Assembly (NCBI RefSeq): GCF_902713615.1
Contig: NC_052159.1
Location: forward strand, 153,324,651-153,388,650
Reading direction: 5' to 3'
Length of the DNA: 64,000 nucleotides
Source: Scyliorhinus canicula
Lineage: Eukaryota
Below, in pieces: positions 36,570 through 47,638 of this stretch. Positions within the stretch are counted from its first letter, which is position 1, and every line of letters starts with the position of its first letter. Both the position numbers and the translations under genes were made by a program. The notes below the pieces were generated by a model, which did not search any database, was not told the origin of the DNA, and saw only the letters and a program-made list of their open reading frames with translations.

Positions 36570-38890
36570 ATGCTCTCTCCCCGTGCTCCTGCTCTCTCTC
36601 TGTGCTCCTGCTTTCTCTGTGCCCCTGCTCTCTCTCTGTGCTCCTGCTTTCTCTGTGCCCCTGCTCTCTCTCTGTGCTCCTGCTTTCTCTCTGTGCTCCT
36701 GCTCTCCCCCTGTGCTCCTGCTCTCTCTCTGTGCTCCTGCTCTCTCTCTGTGCTCCCGCTCTCTCTGTGCTCCTGCTCTCTCTCTGTGCCCCTGCTCTCT
36801 CCCCGTGCTCCTGCTCTCCCCCTGTGCTCCTGCTCTCTCTCTGTGCTCCTGCTCTCTCTGTGCTCCTGCTTTCTCTGTGCCCCTGCTCTCTCTCTGTGCC
36901 CCTGCTCTCTCTCTGTGCTCCTGCTCTCTCCCTCTGTGCTCCTGCTCTCTCTCTGTGCCCCTGCTCTCTCTCTGTGCTCCTGCTCTCTCCCTCTGTGCTC
37001 CTGCTCTCTCTCCCCGTGCTCCTGCTCTCCCCGTGCTCCTGCTCTCTCTCTGTGCTCCTGCTCTCTCTCCGTGCTCCTGCTCTCTCTGTGCTCCTGCTCT
37101 CCCTGTGCTCCTCCTCTCTCCCTCTGTGCTCCTGCTCTCTCTGTGCTCCTGCTCTCCCTGTGCTCCTGCTCTCTCCCTCTGTGCTCCTGCTCTCTCTGTG
37201 CTCCTGCTCTCTCTCTGCTCCTGCGGTCTCTGTGCTCCTTCTCTCAGCCTGTGCTCCACCTCTCCCTGTGCTCTTTCTCTCCCCGTGCTTCCCGGGGAAG
37301 CAGAAGCACGGGGAGAGAATGAGCACAGGGAGAGGTGGGGCACGGACAGAGCAGGAGCACAGGGAGAGCAGAAGCACGGGGAGAGGAGCACAGAGAGCAG
37401 GAGTATGAGGAGAGCAGGAGTACAGAGGGAGAGAGCAGGAGCACAGAGAGAGCAGGGGCACAGAGGGAGAGAGCAGGAGCACAGAGTTAGAGAGCAGGAG
37501 CACAGAGTTAGAGAGCAGGAGCACAGAGGGAGAGAGCAGGAGCACAGAGTTAGAGAGCAGGAGCACAGAGTTAGAGAGCAGGAGCACAGAGGGAGAGAGC
37601 AGGAGCACAGGTAGAGAGCAGGAGCACAGGTAGAGAGCAGGAGCACAGAGAAAGCAGGGGCACAGAGGGAGAGCAGGAGCACAGGGAGAGAGCAGGAGCA
37701 CAGGGAGAGAGCAGGAGCACAGAGAGAGAGCAGGAGCACAGGTAGAGAGCAGGAGCACAGGTAGAGAGCAGGAGCACAGGTAGAGAGCAGGAGCACAGGT
37801 AGAGAGCAGGAGCACAGGTAGAGAGCAGGAGCACAGAGAGAGCAGGAGCACAGGGAGAGAGCAGGAGCACAGAGAGAGAGCAGGAGCACAGGTAGAGAGC
37901 AGGAGCACAGAGAGAGCAGGAGCACAGAGAGAGAGAGCAGGGGCACAGAGGGAGAGAGCAGGAGCACGGGGAGAGCAGGAGCACAGAGAGAGAGAGCAGG
38001 GGCACAGAGGGAGAGAGCAGGAGCACAGAGGGAGAGCAGGAGCACAGAGGGAGAGAGCAGGAGCACGGAGAGAGCAGGAGCACAGAGGGAGAGAGCAGGA
38101 GCACAGAGGGAGAGCAGGAGCACAGAGGGAGAGAGCAGGAGCACGGAGAGAGCAGGAGCACAGAGGGAGAGAGCAGGAGCACAGAGGGAGAGAGCAGGAG
38201 CACAGAGAGAGCAGGAACACAGAGAGAGCAGGGGCACAGAGAGAGAGAGCAGGAGCACGGAGAGAGCAGGAGCACAGAGGGAGAGAGCAGGAGTACAGAG
38301 AGAGCAGGAGCACAGAGAGAGCAGGAGCACAGAGGGAGAGAGCAGGAGTACAGAGAGAGCAGGAGCACGGGGAGAGAGCAGGAGCACAGAGGGAGAGAGC
38401 AGGAGCACAGAGGGAGAGAGCAGGAGCACGGAGAGAGCAGGAGCACGGAGAGAGCAGGAGCACAGAGAGAGAGAGCAGGAGCACAGAGAAAGCAGGGGCA
38501 CAGAGGGAGAGCAGGAGCACAGAGAGAGCAGGAGCACAGAGAGAGAGAGCAGGAGCACAGAGAGAGAGCAGGAGCACAGAGAGAGAGCAGGAGCACAGAG
38601 AGAGAGCAGGAGCACAGAGAGAGAGCAGGAGCACAGGTAGAGAGCAGGAGCACAGAGAGAGAGAACAGGAGCATGGGGAGAGCAGGAGCACAGAGAGAGA
38701 GAGCAGGAGTACAGAGAGAGAGCAGGAGCACAGGGAGAGAGCAGGAGCACAGAGAGAGAGAGCAGGAGCACAGAGAGAGAGAACAGGAGCATGGGGAGAG
38801 CAGGAGCACAGAGAGAGAGAGCAGGAGTACAGAGAGAGAGCAGGAGCACAGGGAGAGAGCAGGAGCACAGAGAGAGAGCAGGAACACAGA
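36570..38890. repeat. Minisatellite of ~17-21 bp units, (CTCT)nGTGCTCCTG then CAGGAGCAC(AGAG)n, arranged as two inverted arms
   Basis: Pyrimidine-rich on + from 36570 to 37291, purine-rich on + from 37303 to 38890. Confidence 0.95.
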
Positions 38891-40570
38891 TATCAGTTGA
38901 GGACCAAGGAAAAAGCAGGAGTGAGAGATCATGGGGGAAGCAGAGCGCACGTCCAGCTGCCACTCACCCGCCTGCACTTCACCATGCTCTCTCACTGTCA
39001 CTCAAGTTGCCCACCTTGATGCCTGGCACGGCCTTGATGACCCTCTGCAAGGTCTCTGCATACCTCACTCTTCAAGCCGTAGAATCTAGACACTGGTGAC
39101 ACATTGTTTGGGTGGTGGAACAGGTCGATGTTCAGCCTAGGCTCAACAAGCTTAACTAACTCTTCTGTCTTGGCCGGTGTTGAGCTTTGTGATGTTATTT
39201 CAGCAGTGTCCAACGAGATAGGTGTTAAGCAATCCATCACACTTCTGACATGAGCCTAGCAGATGGTGGAAAAACTTCAAAGTTTGCGAGCAAGCCCCTC
39301 GTTTAGAGTTACCAGTCTCTCCTGTGCTCCTGTAGCTATGACCAGCTAATTAAGGTGGCCTCCAAGATGTCAGTTCGATGGTGATGATTTCACAAAAGTC
39401 ACGGTGGAGATGCCTGAGATTCCTCTTGGTGAAGCGCATCGAATGGAATTGTTGGAAATGCCCCGCTGGTTTTTTGAGACTGTCCCACAGCTATTGGTGA
39501 CTGGTACACTGTAAATAAACACTCCCCCCCCCCCCCCCCCCCCACCCCCCTTCAGTCCCATCACCTTCCCCAATCACCTCTGCCTCCCATCCAGCCGTGC
39601 AATCTCCTGGGAGAGGTAAAAATCATGGCCAACAAGGCAAGTACTCAGAAAAATTCCCCTCTAACTCTCTCAGGTGATTAAAACCAATTCAGGAGATGCC
39701 ACAGACCCGGCGCTATCAATAAAACCAAACATCTTCCTATACGATTCAATCTCTGAGCCGGGAACTCAGCCAGCTCCTTGCTGAAGGTCAATACACAGCA
39801 CACAAGGTGGCACTCAGGTCGCACAAACCTTACCCACCACATCGTTTAATTCGCTGAATGAGATGTTGGAAATAACATGAACATTGCAATAATAAATCAT
39901 TCCTAAATAAGATTCATACAATTATAATTGCCGTTTTGGCCCCTGGCTTAAACAATTAGTACATAAATTACAAGTTTACCTGGAAATTAAAAAAGGGAAC
40001 ATTCCAAGGGTAATTTACCCCTCTGGCAGCTCGCCTGATGGGGCCACAGTTTAAGAAACCTGGCTGTACGTGACTTTTTGGTCAGCTGAAACTAATGTTT
40101 GAGCTATCGCATTGTGGGGGCGAAACCCACGCAGACACGGGGAGAATGTGCAAACTCCACACAGACAGTGACCCAGAGAATTGCAACTCCTGATGTAAAC
40201 TCCGGCAAAGGCATCATCAGAAACGGGTCCTCTTATCTCCTGACAATCTCTCTTTCTTCCCCAGTCTCCCTTTGTCCTCCGTAAGTTAAACTTTATTCTC
40301 ACTGGATCCTGTTCTTAATTTTTTGTTTTGGCCTGTTCTGCCCTTACTTCCTCATTTTTGCTTGTTTGAACCCTCGCCTGGCCTATTTCCTAACACCGAC
40401 TGGCGGTGGGGAGCCAGTGTGAGGTGGATTTGTTTCTCTTTCGAAGGGCTTTCATTAGCTGAAAGAAAACTTGAAAGGACAACATACTGATCGCTGTAAG
40501 TTGTAAATTGGAAGAATGATGAGGGTGCAACCCAGTTCGCACCTGAGAAGCCATTTTCCTACATCAGAAG

Positions 40571-40920
40571 GCGGAGATGGTGGTATAGTGGTGTTGCCAC
40601 TGGACTGGTGAACCGCAGATCCAGGAGGAGCCAGGTTCAAAACCCGGCATGGAAGATGGTGAAATTTGAATTCCGTGAAAATCAGAATTAAAAGTCTAGT
40701 GATGACCATGACACCATTGTCGATTGTCGTAAAAACCCATCTGGTTTACTAATGTCCTTTAGGGAAGGAAATCTGCCGTCCTTACCTGGTCTGGCCTACA
40801 TGTGACTCCAGACCCCCCCCCCAGCAATGTGGTTGACTCTTGACTGCCCCCTCAAGGGCAATTAGGGATGGGCAATAAATGCTGGCACAGCCTGCGACGC
40901 CCATGTCCCATGAACAAATT
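40571..40920 (+). mobile_element. Third tRNA-derived SINE family (type C)
   Basis: GGTGGTATAGTGGTG..GGTTCAAAACCC head; body AAAACCCATCTGGTTTACTAATGTCCTTTAGGGAAGGAAATCTGCC; tail GGGCAATAAATGCTGGC; fragments also at 49850-50030, 32440-32920, 58915-59760. Confidence 0.8.
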
Positions 40921-41208
40921 TTTTTAAAAGCTTGATCACGAGCATGTCTGTAAATCTCCCAGCATGCAGTTCTGTAGGACCAGAGTCCGTGACAATATCG
41001 GAAAATTGCCCCCCAGATATAATTACACCCGTTGCACCCATAGCTCAATGGAACCCAATTTACCAGAAAGCTAAGGTGCTCAGGCAGATCGTTCGTGCCA
41101 AAGGAAGATTTAAAGTGTGCCCTTCGAGCGTGAGAACCTGCTACCACAGGGATTAGATGGGGGTGAATAGCATAGATTAATTTCACTGGAAGGTAGGTAA
41201 GTACAGGA

Positions 41209-41647
41209 GGGCGGCATGTGGCGCAGTGGTTAGCACTGGGTCTGCGGCGCTGAGGTCCCAGGTTCGAAACACGGCCCTGTGCATGTGGAGTTTGCACATT
41301 CTCTCCGCGTCTGCGTGGGTTTCACCCCCCCAACCCAAAGATGTGCAGGTTAGGTGGACTGGCCAGGCTAAATTGCCCCTTTAATTGGGAAAAAAAATAA
41401 TTGGGTACTCTTTTTTTTAAATTTTTTTTATACATTTAGATTACCCAATTATTTTTTCCAATTAAGGGGCAATTTAGCATGGCCAATCCACCTACTCTGC
41501 ACATTTTTGGGTTGTGGGGGCAAAACCCACGCAGACACGGGGAGAATGTGCAAACTCCACACAGACAGTGACCCAGAGCCGGGATCGAACCTGGGACCTC
41601 AGCGCCGTGAGGCGGTTGTGCTAACCACTAGGCCACAGTGCTGCCCT
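41209..41647. mobile_element. Two short V-SINEs tail-to-tail: + copy 41209-41420, - copy 41421-41647 inserted in its tail
   Basis: Inner TSD AATTGGGTACTC/AATTGGATACTC; outer TSD core AAGTACAGG. Confidence 0.88.
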
Positions 41648-42209
41648 ATAATTGGATACTCTTAAATTTTTTTTTAAAGTACAGGTGGAACGCTGCAGCA
41701 GGCTAAGCAGAAACGGTAGAGGGAGAAAAGATGAGTCAATGTTTCAGGACAATGACCCTTTGCTTGAACTGTTCCAATGAAAGGTCACCAAACTGAAACT
41801 TTGGGAAGAATTTAGTGCCCTATCCATGGTGGGTTTGCTGGCGGAGGGGCATTTAATCAGACAGGAGGGTGGCAAGTGGGGACCTGTGACCTTCCCACTG
41901 CTCTGATTAAGTTCAAGGCGGGAAGGTTCCTGGTCGGCCTACCCGCCCCACCACTAATTGACAGCAGAAGTGGGTAACTAATGCCCAATTAAGGGCCTCA
42001 ACGCAACCACTGCTGGTTGTCGCCCTGCAGAGCGCTCTCCATACAAATTCCCAAAAAGCAAAACCTGCCGGGGTTTCTTGCAGGCTTCCTGATTGAGGCA
42101 CCCAGCCTAAGGAAGTCGGGGCCTGCTAAGAGCCACTGCCCAGCCCTTGCTGCCGGCGCCCCCTCCCAAACCCACCCGAGGACCCGCCACCTTCCAAATA
42201 CCTTACCAG

Positions 42210-42478
42210 TGGGTCACTGCCTCTGTGTGGAGTCTGCACGTCCTCCCCCTGTGTGCGTGGGTTTCCTCCGGGTGCTCCGGTTTCCTCCCACAGTCCAAAG
42301 ATGTGCGGGTTAGGTGGATTGGCCATGCTAAATTGCCCGTAGTGTAAGGTTAATGGGGGGATTGTTGGGTTACGGGTATACGGGTTACGTGGGTTTAAGT
42401 AGGGTGATCATTGCTCGGCACAACATCGAGGGCCGAAGGGCCTGTTCTGTGCTGTACTGTTCTATGTTCTATGTTCTA
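42210..42478 (+). mobile_element. 5'-truncated V-SINE, tail variant 1
   Basis: V-domain and (TTCTATG)n tail. Confidence 0.88.
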
Positions 42479-43361
42479 AATAGCAACTGTGGCCTTGGTA
42501 ACTGAGGTGACCCTGGGCCTCAGGTAAGTGCATTACCGGCAGTGGCCACCGCCTCCATGCTGGTGCTGCCGAGCAGCGATGACTGCCGGCCTCTGATTGG
42601 CAGCTGCTCTCAGCGGGCAGGACATCTGCCTCCAACATCCTTGACCCCAGGGAAGACCTACTTCTGGCTTTTTAGGTGCCTGATTGGCACTTCATTCAGC
42701 AAGCCTTCCCTGAAAGAGGCGACATGTGGCTCTCCTACCCCCACCCCCAACGTTACTTCTGTCCGCTAACTCTCTTTCTCTCAGCAAAGGTGGTACCTGA
42801 CTGGTTGGGTATTTCCAGCATTTCCTGTTTTTACTTCAGATTCTCAAACCTTGATTGTGCGCCAACATCGATCTGTTGGGCCGAATGGCCTACTTTTGTG
42901 CTGAAAATTGCATTTACATTGTCCTACTGAGTAAACATCACAACTGTTCTCTACGTCTACGGCACTCACACCACGCCCACAACCCTCCTCCTCCATCACA
43001 GGGTCAAAATACAACTGAGGCCGTAGTTAAAAGTCAAGCAATCAGCGGTAATCAGAGCCATTTTTCAATTTGCTATTCTTTTTTTTTAGAAGCATTGTTT
43101 CTCAACATCCGTGGATATGAGTGAGAGAGAGAGAGAAAAAGGGAGAGAGAGAGAGAGGAAACCATAGAGAAATGATTCATCGTTGCTGGCTTTCTGGTGT
43201 TTTGATTTCCATTGTCAGTGCACGCCTACAAGTCTGCTAAGCATTTGCACATTTCAATTAACAGGGAGAGATTTTTTTCTATGGATGTGTGGGTGAATTT
43301 GCCACAACTGGATCCATCAAGTCCCCTATTCAGCATTTGTCCCTCAACCCGTATCGCCAGA

Positions 43362-43571
43362 GTAAGAAGTCTTAGAACACAAGGTTAAAGTCCAACAGGT
43401 TTGTTTCAAACACTAGCTTTCGGAGCACTGCTCCTTCCTCAGGTGAATGAAGAGGTATGTTCTTGAAACATATACAGCTAGTGTTCGAAACAAACCTGTT
43501 GGACTTTAACCTGGTGTTGTAAGACGTCTTACTGTGCTCACCCCAGTCCAACGCCGGCATCTCCACATCAT
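43362..43571. mobile_element. Short inverted Penelope-like tail pair
   Basis: Minus copy 43362-43470 and plus copy 43477-43571 give ~58-bp inverted arms. Confidence 0.85.
43411..43446 (-). ncRNA. Minimal hammerhead motif, core intact, 3-bp stem I
   Basis: CAC-CUGAGGA-A-GGAGC(AGU)GCUCC-GAA-AGCU-A-GUG. Confidence 0.6.
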
Positions 43572-44174
43572 CAGTTTCACCAGAGGCAGGCCTTAGTCCT
43601 GAGGTGAGCCTGGGCCTCAGGTAAGTGCCTTACCGGCAGATTGGACGAACCTCTGCACAAATTGTCTGCTGCGTTTCCTCCATTACATCCGTGACCTCAC
43701 AGTCAAAGGACATCCACTGGCTGTAAGGTGCTCATCCAGGGACACCCGGAGGTCACTAAAGGCGCTACGCAAATGCAAGTTAGTCTTTGAATTGTCAATT
43801 CAGGATCAAATCGGCAATTTACAGGCGGCTGTGTTCTCCATCCCCAAAGGTGATTTCCGCTTCGGGAAATTGGCCACAGAAGGTTGGGGTGGCCGGCGTC
43901 GGGCGTCATCAAAATCAGAGACATCCGTGGCGCGTTTTGGGAGCCGTAATCACACACCAGTGTGACACCACCACGGACCTGCTGGCGTCATTCCATTCAG
44001 AGGTTCAAATAAATAACATTTCCAAATAGGCTGGAAATAAAATGGACGGGACACGAGAAATATGACATCAAAACAAACCTGGCACTTACGCTCCGACACA
44101 ACAAGGCAGCTTCAGACAAGGAAAGGGACAAGCACAGGCCTCTGTTGGTGCTTTATAAAGGCAAGTAATAATTA

Positions 44175-44643
44175 AAAATAATAATCTTTATTAGCGTCAC
44201 AAGTAGGCTTACATTAACACTGCAATGAAGTTACTGTGAAGAGCCCCTGGTCGCCACATTCCGGCACCTGTTCAGGTACACTGAGGAGAATTCAGAATGT
44301 CCAAATCACTTAACAAGCACGTCTTTCAGGACTTAGAACATAGAGTGCCATTCGGCCCATCAAGTCTGCACCGACCCACTTAAGCCTTCACTCCCACCCT
44401 ATCCCCGTAACCCGATATCCCCTCCTGACCTTTTTTGTCACTACGGGCAATTTATCACGGCCAATCCACATAACCTGCACGTCTTTGGACTGTGGGAGGA
44501 AACCGGAGCACCCGGAGGAAACCCACGCACACAGGGGGAGAACGTGCAGACTCCGCACAAACAGTGACCCAAGCCGGGAATCGAACCTGGGACCCTGGAG
44601 TTGTGAAGCAATTGTGCTATCCACTGTGCTACCGTGCCGCCCC
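44175..44643 (-). mobile_element. Two adjacent antisense SINE pieces: variant 3 tail 44175-44333, V-SINE 44334-44643
   Basis: Match to the families above. Confidence 0.85.
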
Positions 44644-44957
44644 GGACAGAGGATTCAAATCGGATGGTAAGAAATCTGGAACCGGACAATGGCCAGACCG
44701 GCTAAATCCCGACTGACTGGCCAACGTAAAAGCAAAATACTGCGGATGCTGGAAATCTGAAATAAAACGGGAAAATGCAGCAGGTCTGGCAGTATCTGTG
44801 GTGAGAGAGGCAGAGTCGATGCTCTGAGTCCAACATAGCTCTGGAACTCAATCTCAACACTTCCTTGTATCAAAATATAGAACAGCCCTTGCCCCCCAGG
44901 AGCAACCTCAATGATGCCACGTGATGTTACGGTTGAGTCTCAAACGATAACAATACA

Positions 44958-45284
44958 GGGCAGCACGGTAGCATGGTGGTTAGCACCAATGCTTCACAGC
45001 TCCAGGGTCCCAGGTTCGATTCCCGGCTGGGTCACTGTCTGTGCGGAGTCTGCACGTCCTCCCCGTGTCTGCGTGGGTTTCCTCCGGGTGCTCCGGTTTC
45101 CTCCCATGGTCCAAAGATGTGCGGGTTAGGTGGATTGGCCAGGCTAAATTGCCCTTAGTGTCCTAAAAAATAAGGTTAATGGGGGTTGTTGGGTTACTGA
45201 TATAGGGTGGATATGTGGGCTTGAGTAGGGTGATCATTGCTCGGCCTGTTCTGTGCTGTACTGTTCTATGTTTCTATGTTTCTA
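44958..45284 (+). mobile_element. V-SINE, tail variant 1
   Basis: Head, V-domain and tail. Confidence 0.9.
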
Positions 45285-45692
45285 TCACATGGCTAATGAG
45301 TCCGCGGTGTCATTGTCGGTCTGTCACAGTGATAGAGGAGGCAGAAATATTGGGGAGACCTATTGCTCTTTGGTTGTCCATGTCCCCAATAGCTGGCTCT
45401 TGTTTTGTTATGAGTTAGCCACGGAATGCAACCATCTCCTGTACCTACCTCAGATTGTTCCAGCCTCCTCTCTCACTGATTCAGACTTGCCTTTTCCTTC
45501 TCCTTTCTCACACTCAACTATTTTATCAAAGCCTCTCGTCAGTGTGGAAATTGGGCTTCAGTGACCTGTTTTTGGATTTTGCCTATCTTTGTGCCTTTTG
45601 GTAAATCTCCCCAAGTTCTGGAGAGTTCAGCCTTCTCCACCCGAGGTGTGATTTCCTCAGAGGACAGAACTTATCGAGTTTCCACAGGTGCT

Positions 45693-46030
45693 GCCTGTGG
45701 GGAAGTGGGTAGCTCGCCTTCCTCTGAGTCAGAAGGTCAGGGGTTCATGAGCATATGATCTTGTCTGATAAGCGTGCCACTCTTGGAGGTGCCGTCTCTT
45801 GGGAGAGATGTTAAACTAAGCCCCGTCTTCCTTCTCAAGTTGAGGTAAAAGACCCATGGGCAATATTTTAATGAGGAGCAAGGATGTTCTCCCCGATGTC
45901 CTAGCTAATATTTCTCCCTGAACCAACATCAGTAAAACAGACTATCTGGCCATCACCACATATGTTTTGTCGGACGTACCAGGCGCGATTTGCTTGTCGC
46001 AATTCCTACATTGCAACGTTGACCACAATG
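45693..46030 (+). mobile_element. Deu-domain SINE (SacSINE1-like)
   Basis: GGAGGTGCCGTCTCTTGGGAGAGATGTTAAACTAAGCCCCGTC..GTAAAAGACCCATGG..GAGGAGCAAGGATGTTCTCCCCGATGTCCTAGCTAATATT. Confidence 0.7.
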
Positions 46031-46329
46031 AAGTGAAGAACAAATGATTTAGCTACGGGGATCTACAACAGCAGCAGCATGTCTGCCGCTGGTTCTGGAA
46101 TGCCTCTGCCTCAGAGAACTCCTCCCCCTAGGGCAATTCCCCTCTCTGAGTCCCAATTGGTCACCCAGTCCTGGTGACCCTTACTCTGCTGTGTTGCCCT
46201 GACAGGAATGATCACCACACCGAGGTTCAGAAAAGTGCTTTACAAATTCCTTCATTCCTCTCTCTTTCTGCCCCCCCCCCCCCCCCCCCCCCCCCCCAGA
46301 AAATCTGTTGAAAATCCTACATGGCTAAT

Positions 46330-46516
46330 AGGGGCTGGTTTAGCACACTGGGCTAAATCTCTGGCTTTTAAAGCAGACCAAGGCAGGCCAGCAGCACGGT
46401 TCAATTCCCGTACCAGCCTCCTCGAACAGTCGCCGGAATGTGGCGACTAGGGGCTTTTCACAGTAACTTCACTGAAGCCTACTCGTGACAATAAGCCATT
46501 TTCATTTTCGTTTCAT
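46330..46516 (+). mobile_element. Short SINE, type B
   Basis: GGGGCTGGTTTAGCACACTGGGCTAAATC..CACAGTAACTTCACTGAAGCCTACTCGTGACAATAAG. Confidence 0.87.
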
Positions 46517-47412
46517 TCCTATGTTGCTTCATCATTTGAAACACGCCTCAGGAAATCTTTGTCAAGTCAGCAATTTTTCTTACCAGCGCACTTCGAGTTA
46601 CGGAATAGAAAACCCCATGAAAGCCTCAAATAGTCCATGATACGACTACAGTAGAATGTAGAAATGGACACCCTGCATTGATCCCAAAAATAAGTCATAG
46701 TCTTGTGTGTAGAATTCCGATGCACGCTTGCTATGGTGCAATGAATGTGATTTGTTGTGCACGATCAAAGTTACTTCTCTGAAGTACTTCTCCTGATCCA
46801 GTTTTAATAGATCTTCCTTGCCTTGAGAGCTGCTCTCTCTCTTCAGCAAGTTCACAACAGGAAATATCCCATATGTATTGATTATGGGTTTTTTTTTTCA
46901 TTTAATGATGCAAAGCTTTAAATATTTATTGGCCAAGGGGGAAAGGCTTTAGTTCTGACATTCAGGTTGTGTCTCCGATAATTGGCAATGTTTATTAACA
47001 TTATTCATTGATTCACAGAATGATACGGGCCAAAGGAAGGCCAGTTAGCCCGTCGGGCCTGTGCTATCTCTTTTCCAGGGCTACCCAATTAGTGTCCCCC
47101 GTTCATTCCTGCACCACCATTACCCCCACCCTTCCCAAGCCCTGAATATCATAGTCCGGTACATCTTCTCCCATTTTAAGTATTTATCCCACATCATTAG
47201 GAATTCTACCCAGTTGCAATCTATAAAGCAATCTTAAAGATTCACAAAGTGCAGAAGCATTGAAGCAAAAACAGTTCAGACCATTCAAGTGTAAACAAGC
47301 TCTGATATTCTCGCTACACAATACACGATAGAAATATATTAATATGTCCTGGTGAAAAACTCTCGACTACAAAACAAAATAGAGAAAAACTTCCCTCAGT
47401 AATGGCACTGGA

Positions 47413-47638
47413 GGGCAGCACGGTGGCACAGTGGGTTAGCCCTGCTGCTCACGGCGCCGAGGTCCCAGGTTCGAATCCCGGCTCTGGGTCACTGTCCGTG
47501 TGGAGTTTGCACATTCTCCCAGTGTCTGCGTGGGTTTCGCCCCCACAACCCAAAGATGTGCAGAGTAGGTGGATTGTCCACGCTAAATTGCCCCTTAATT
47601 GGAAAAAATAAATTGGGTACTCTCAATTTATTTTTAAG
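47413..47638 (+). mobile_element. Short V-SINE subtype
   Basis: 12-bp TSD TAATGGCACTGG (47400-47411, 47642-47653). Confidence 0.88.

Noticed and set aside
36513-39001. Long ORFs of 269-803 aa rich in Leu/Ser/Cys/Pro or Arg/Glu
   Set aside because: They are translations of a nearly stop-free minisatellite, open in several frames on both strands, with no domain
38998-39240. Possible hAT transposase C-terminus and hAT-like ends near 35271, 39003 and 40050
   Set aside because: The resemblance is faint and I found no TIR pair with an 8-bp TSD
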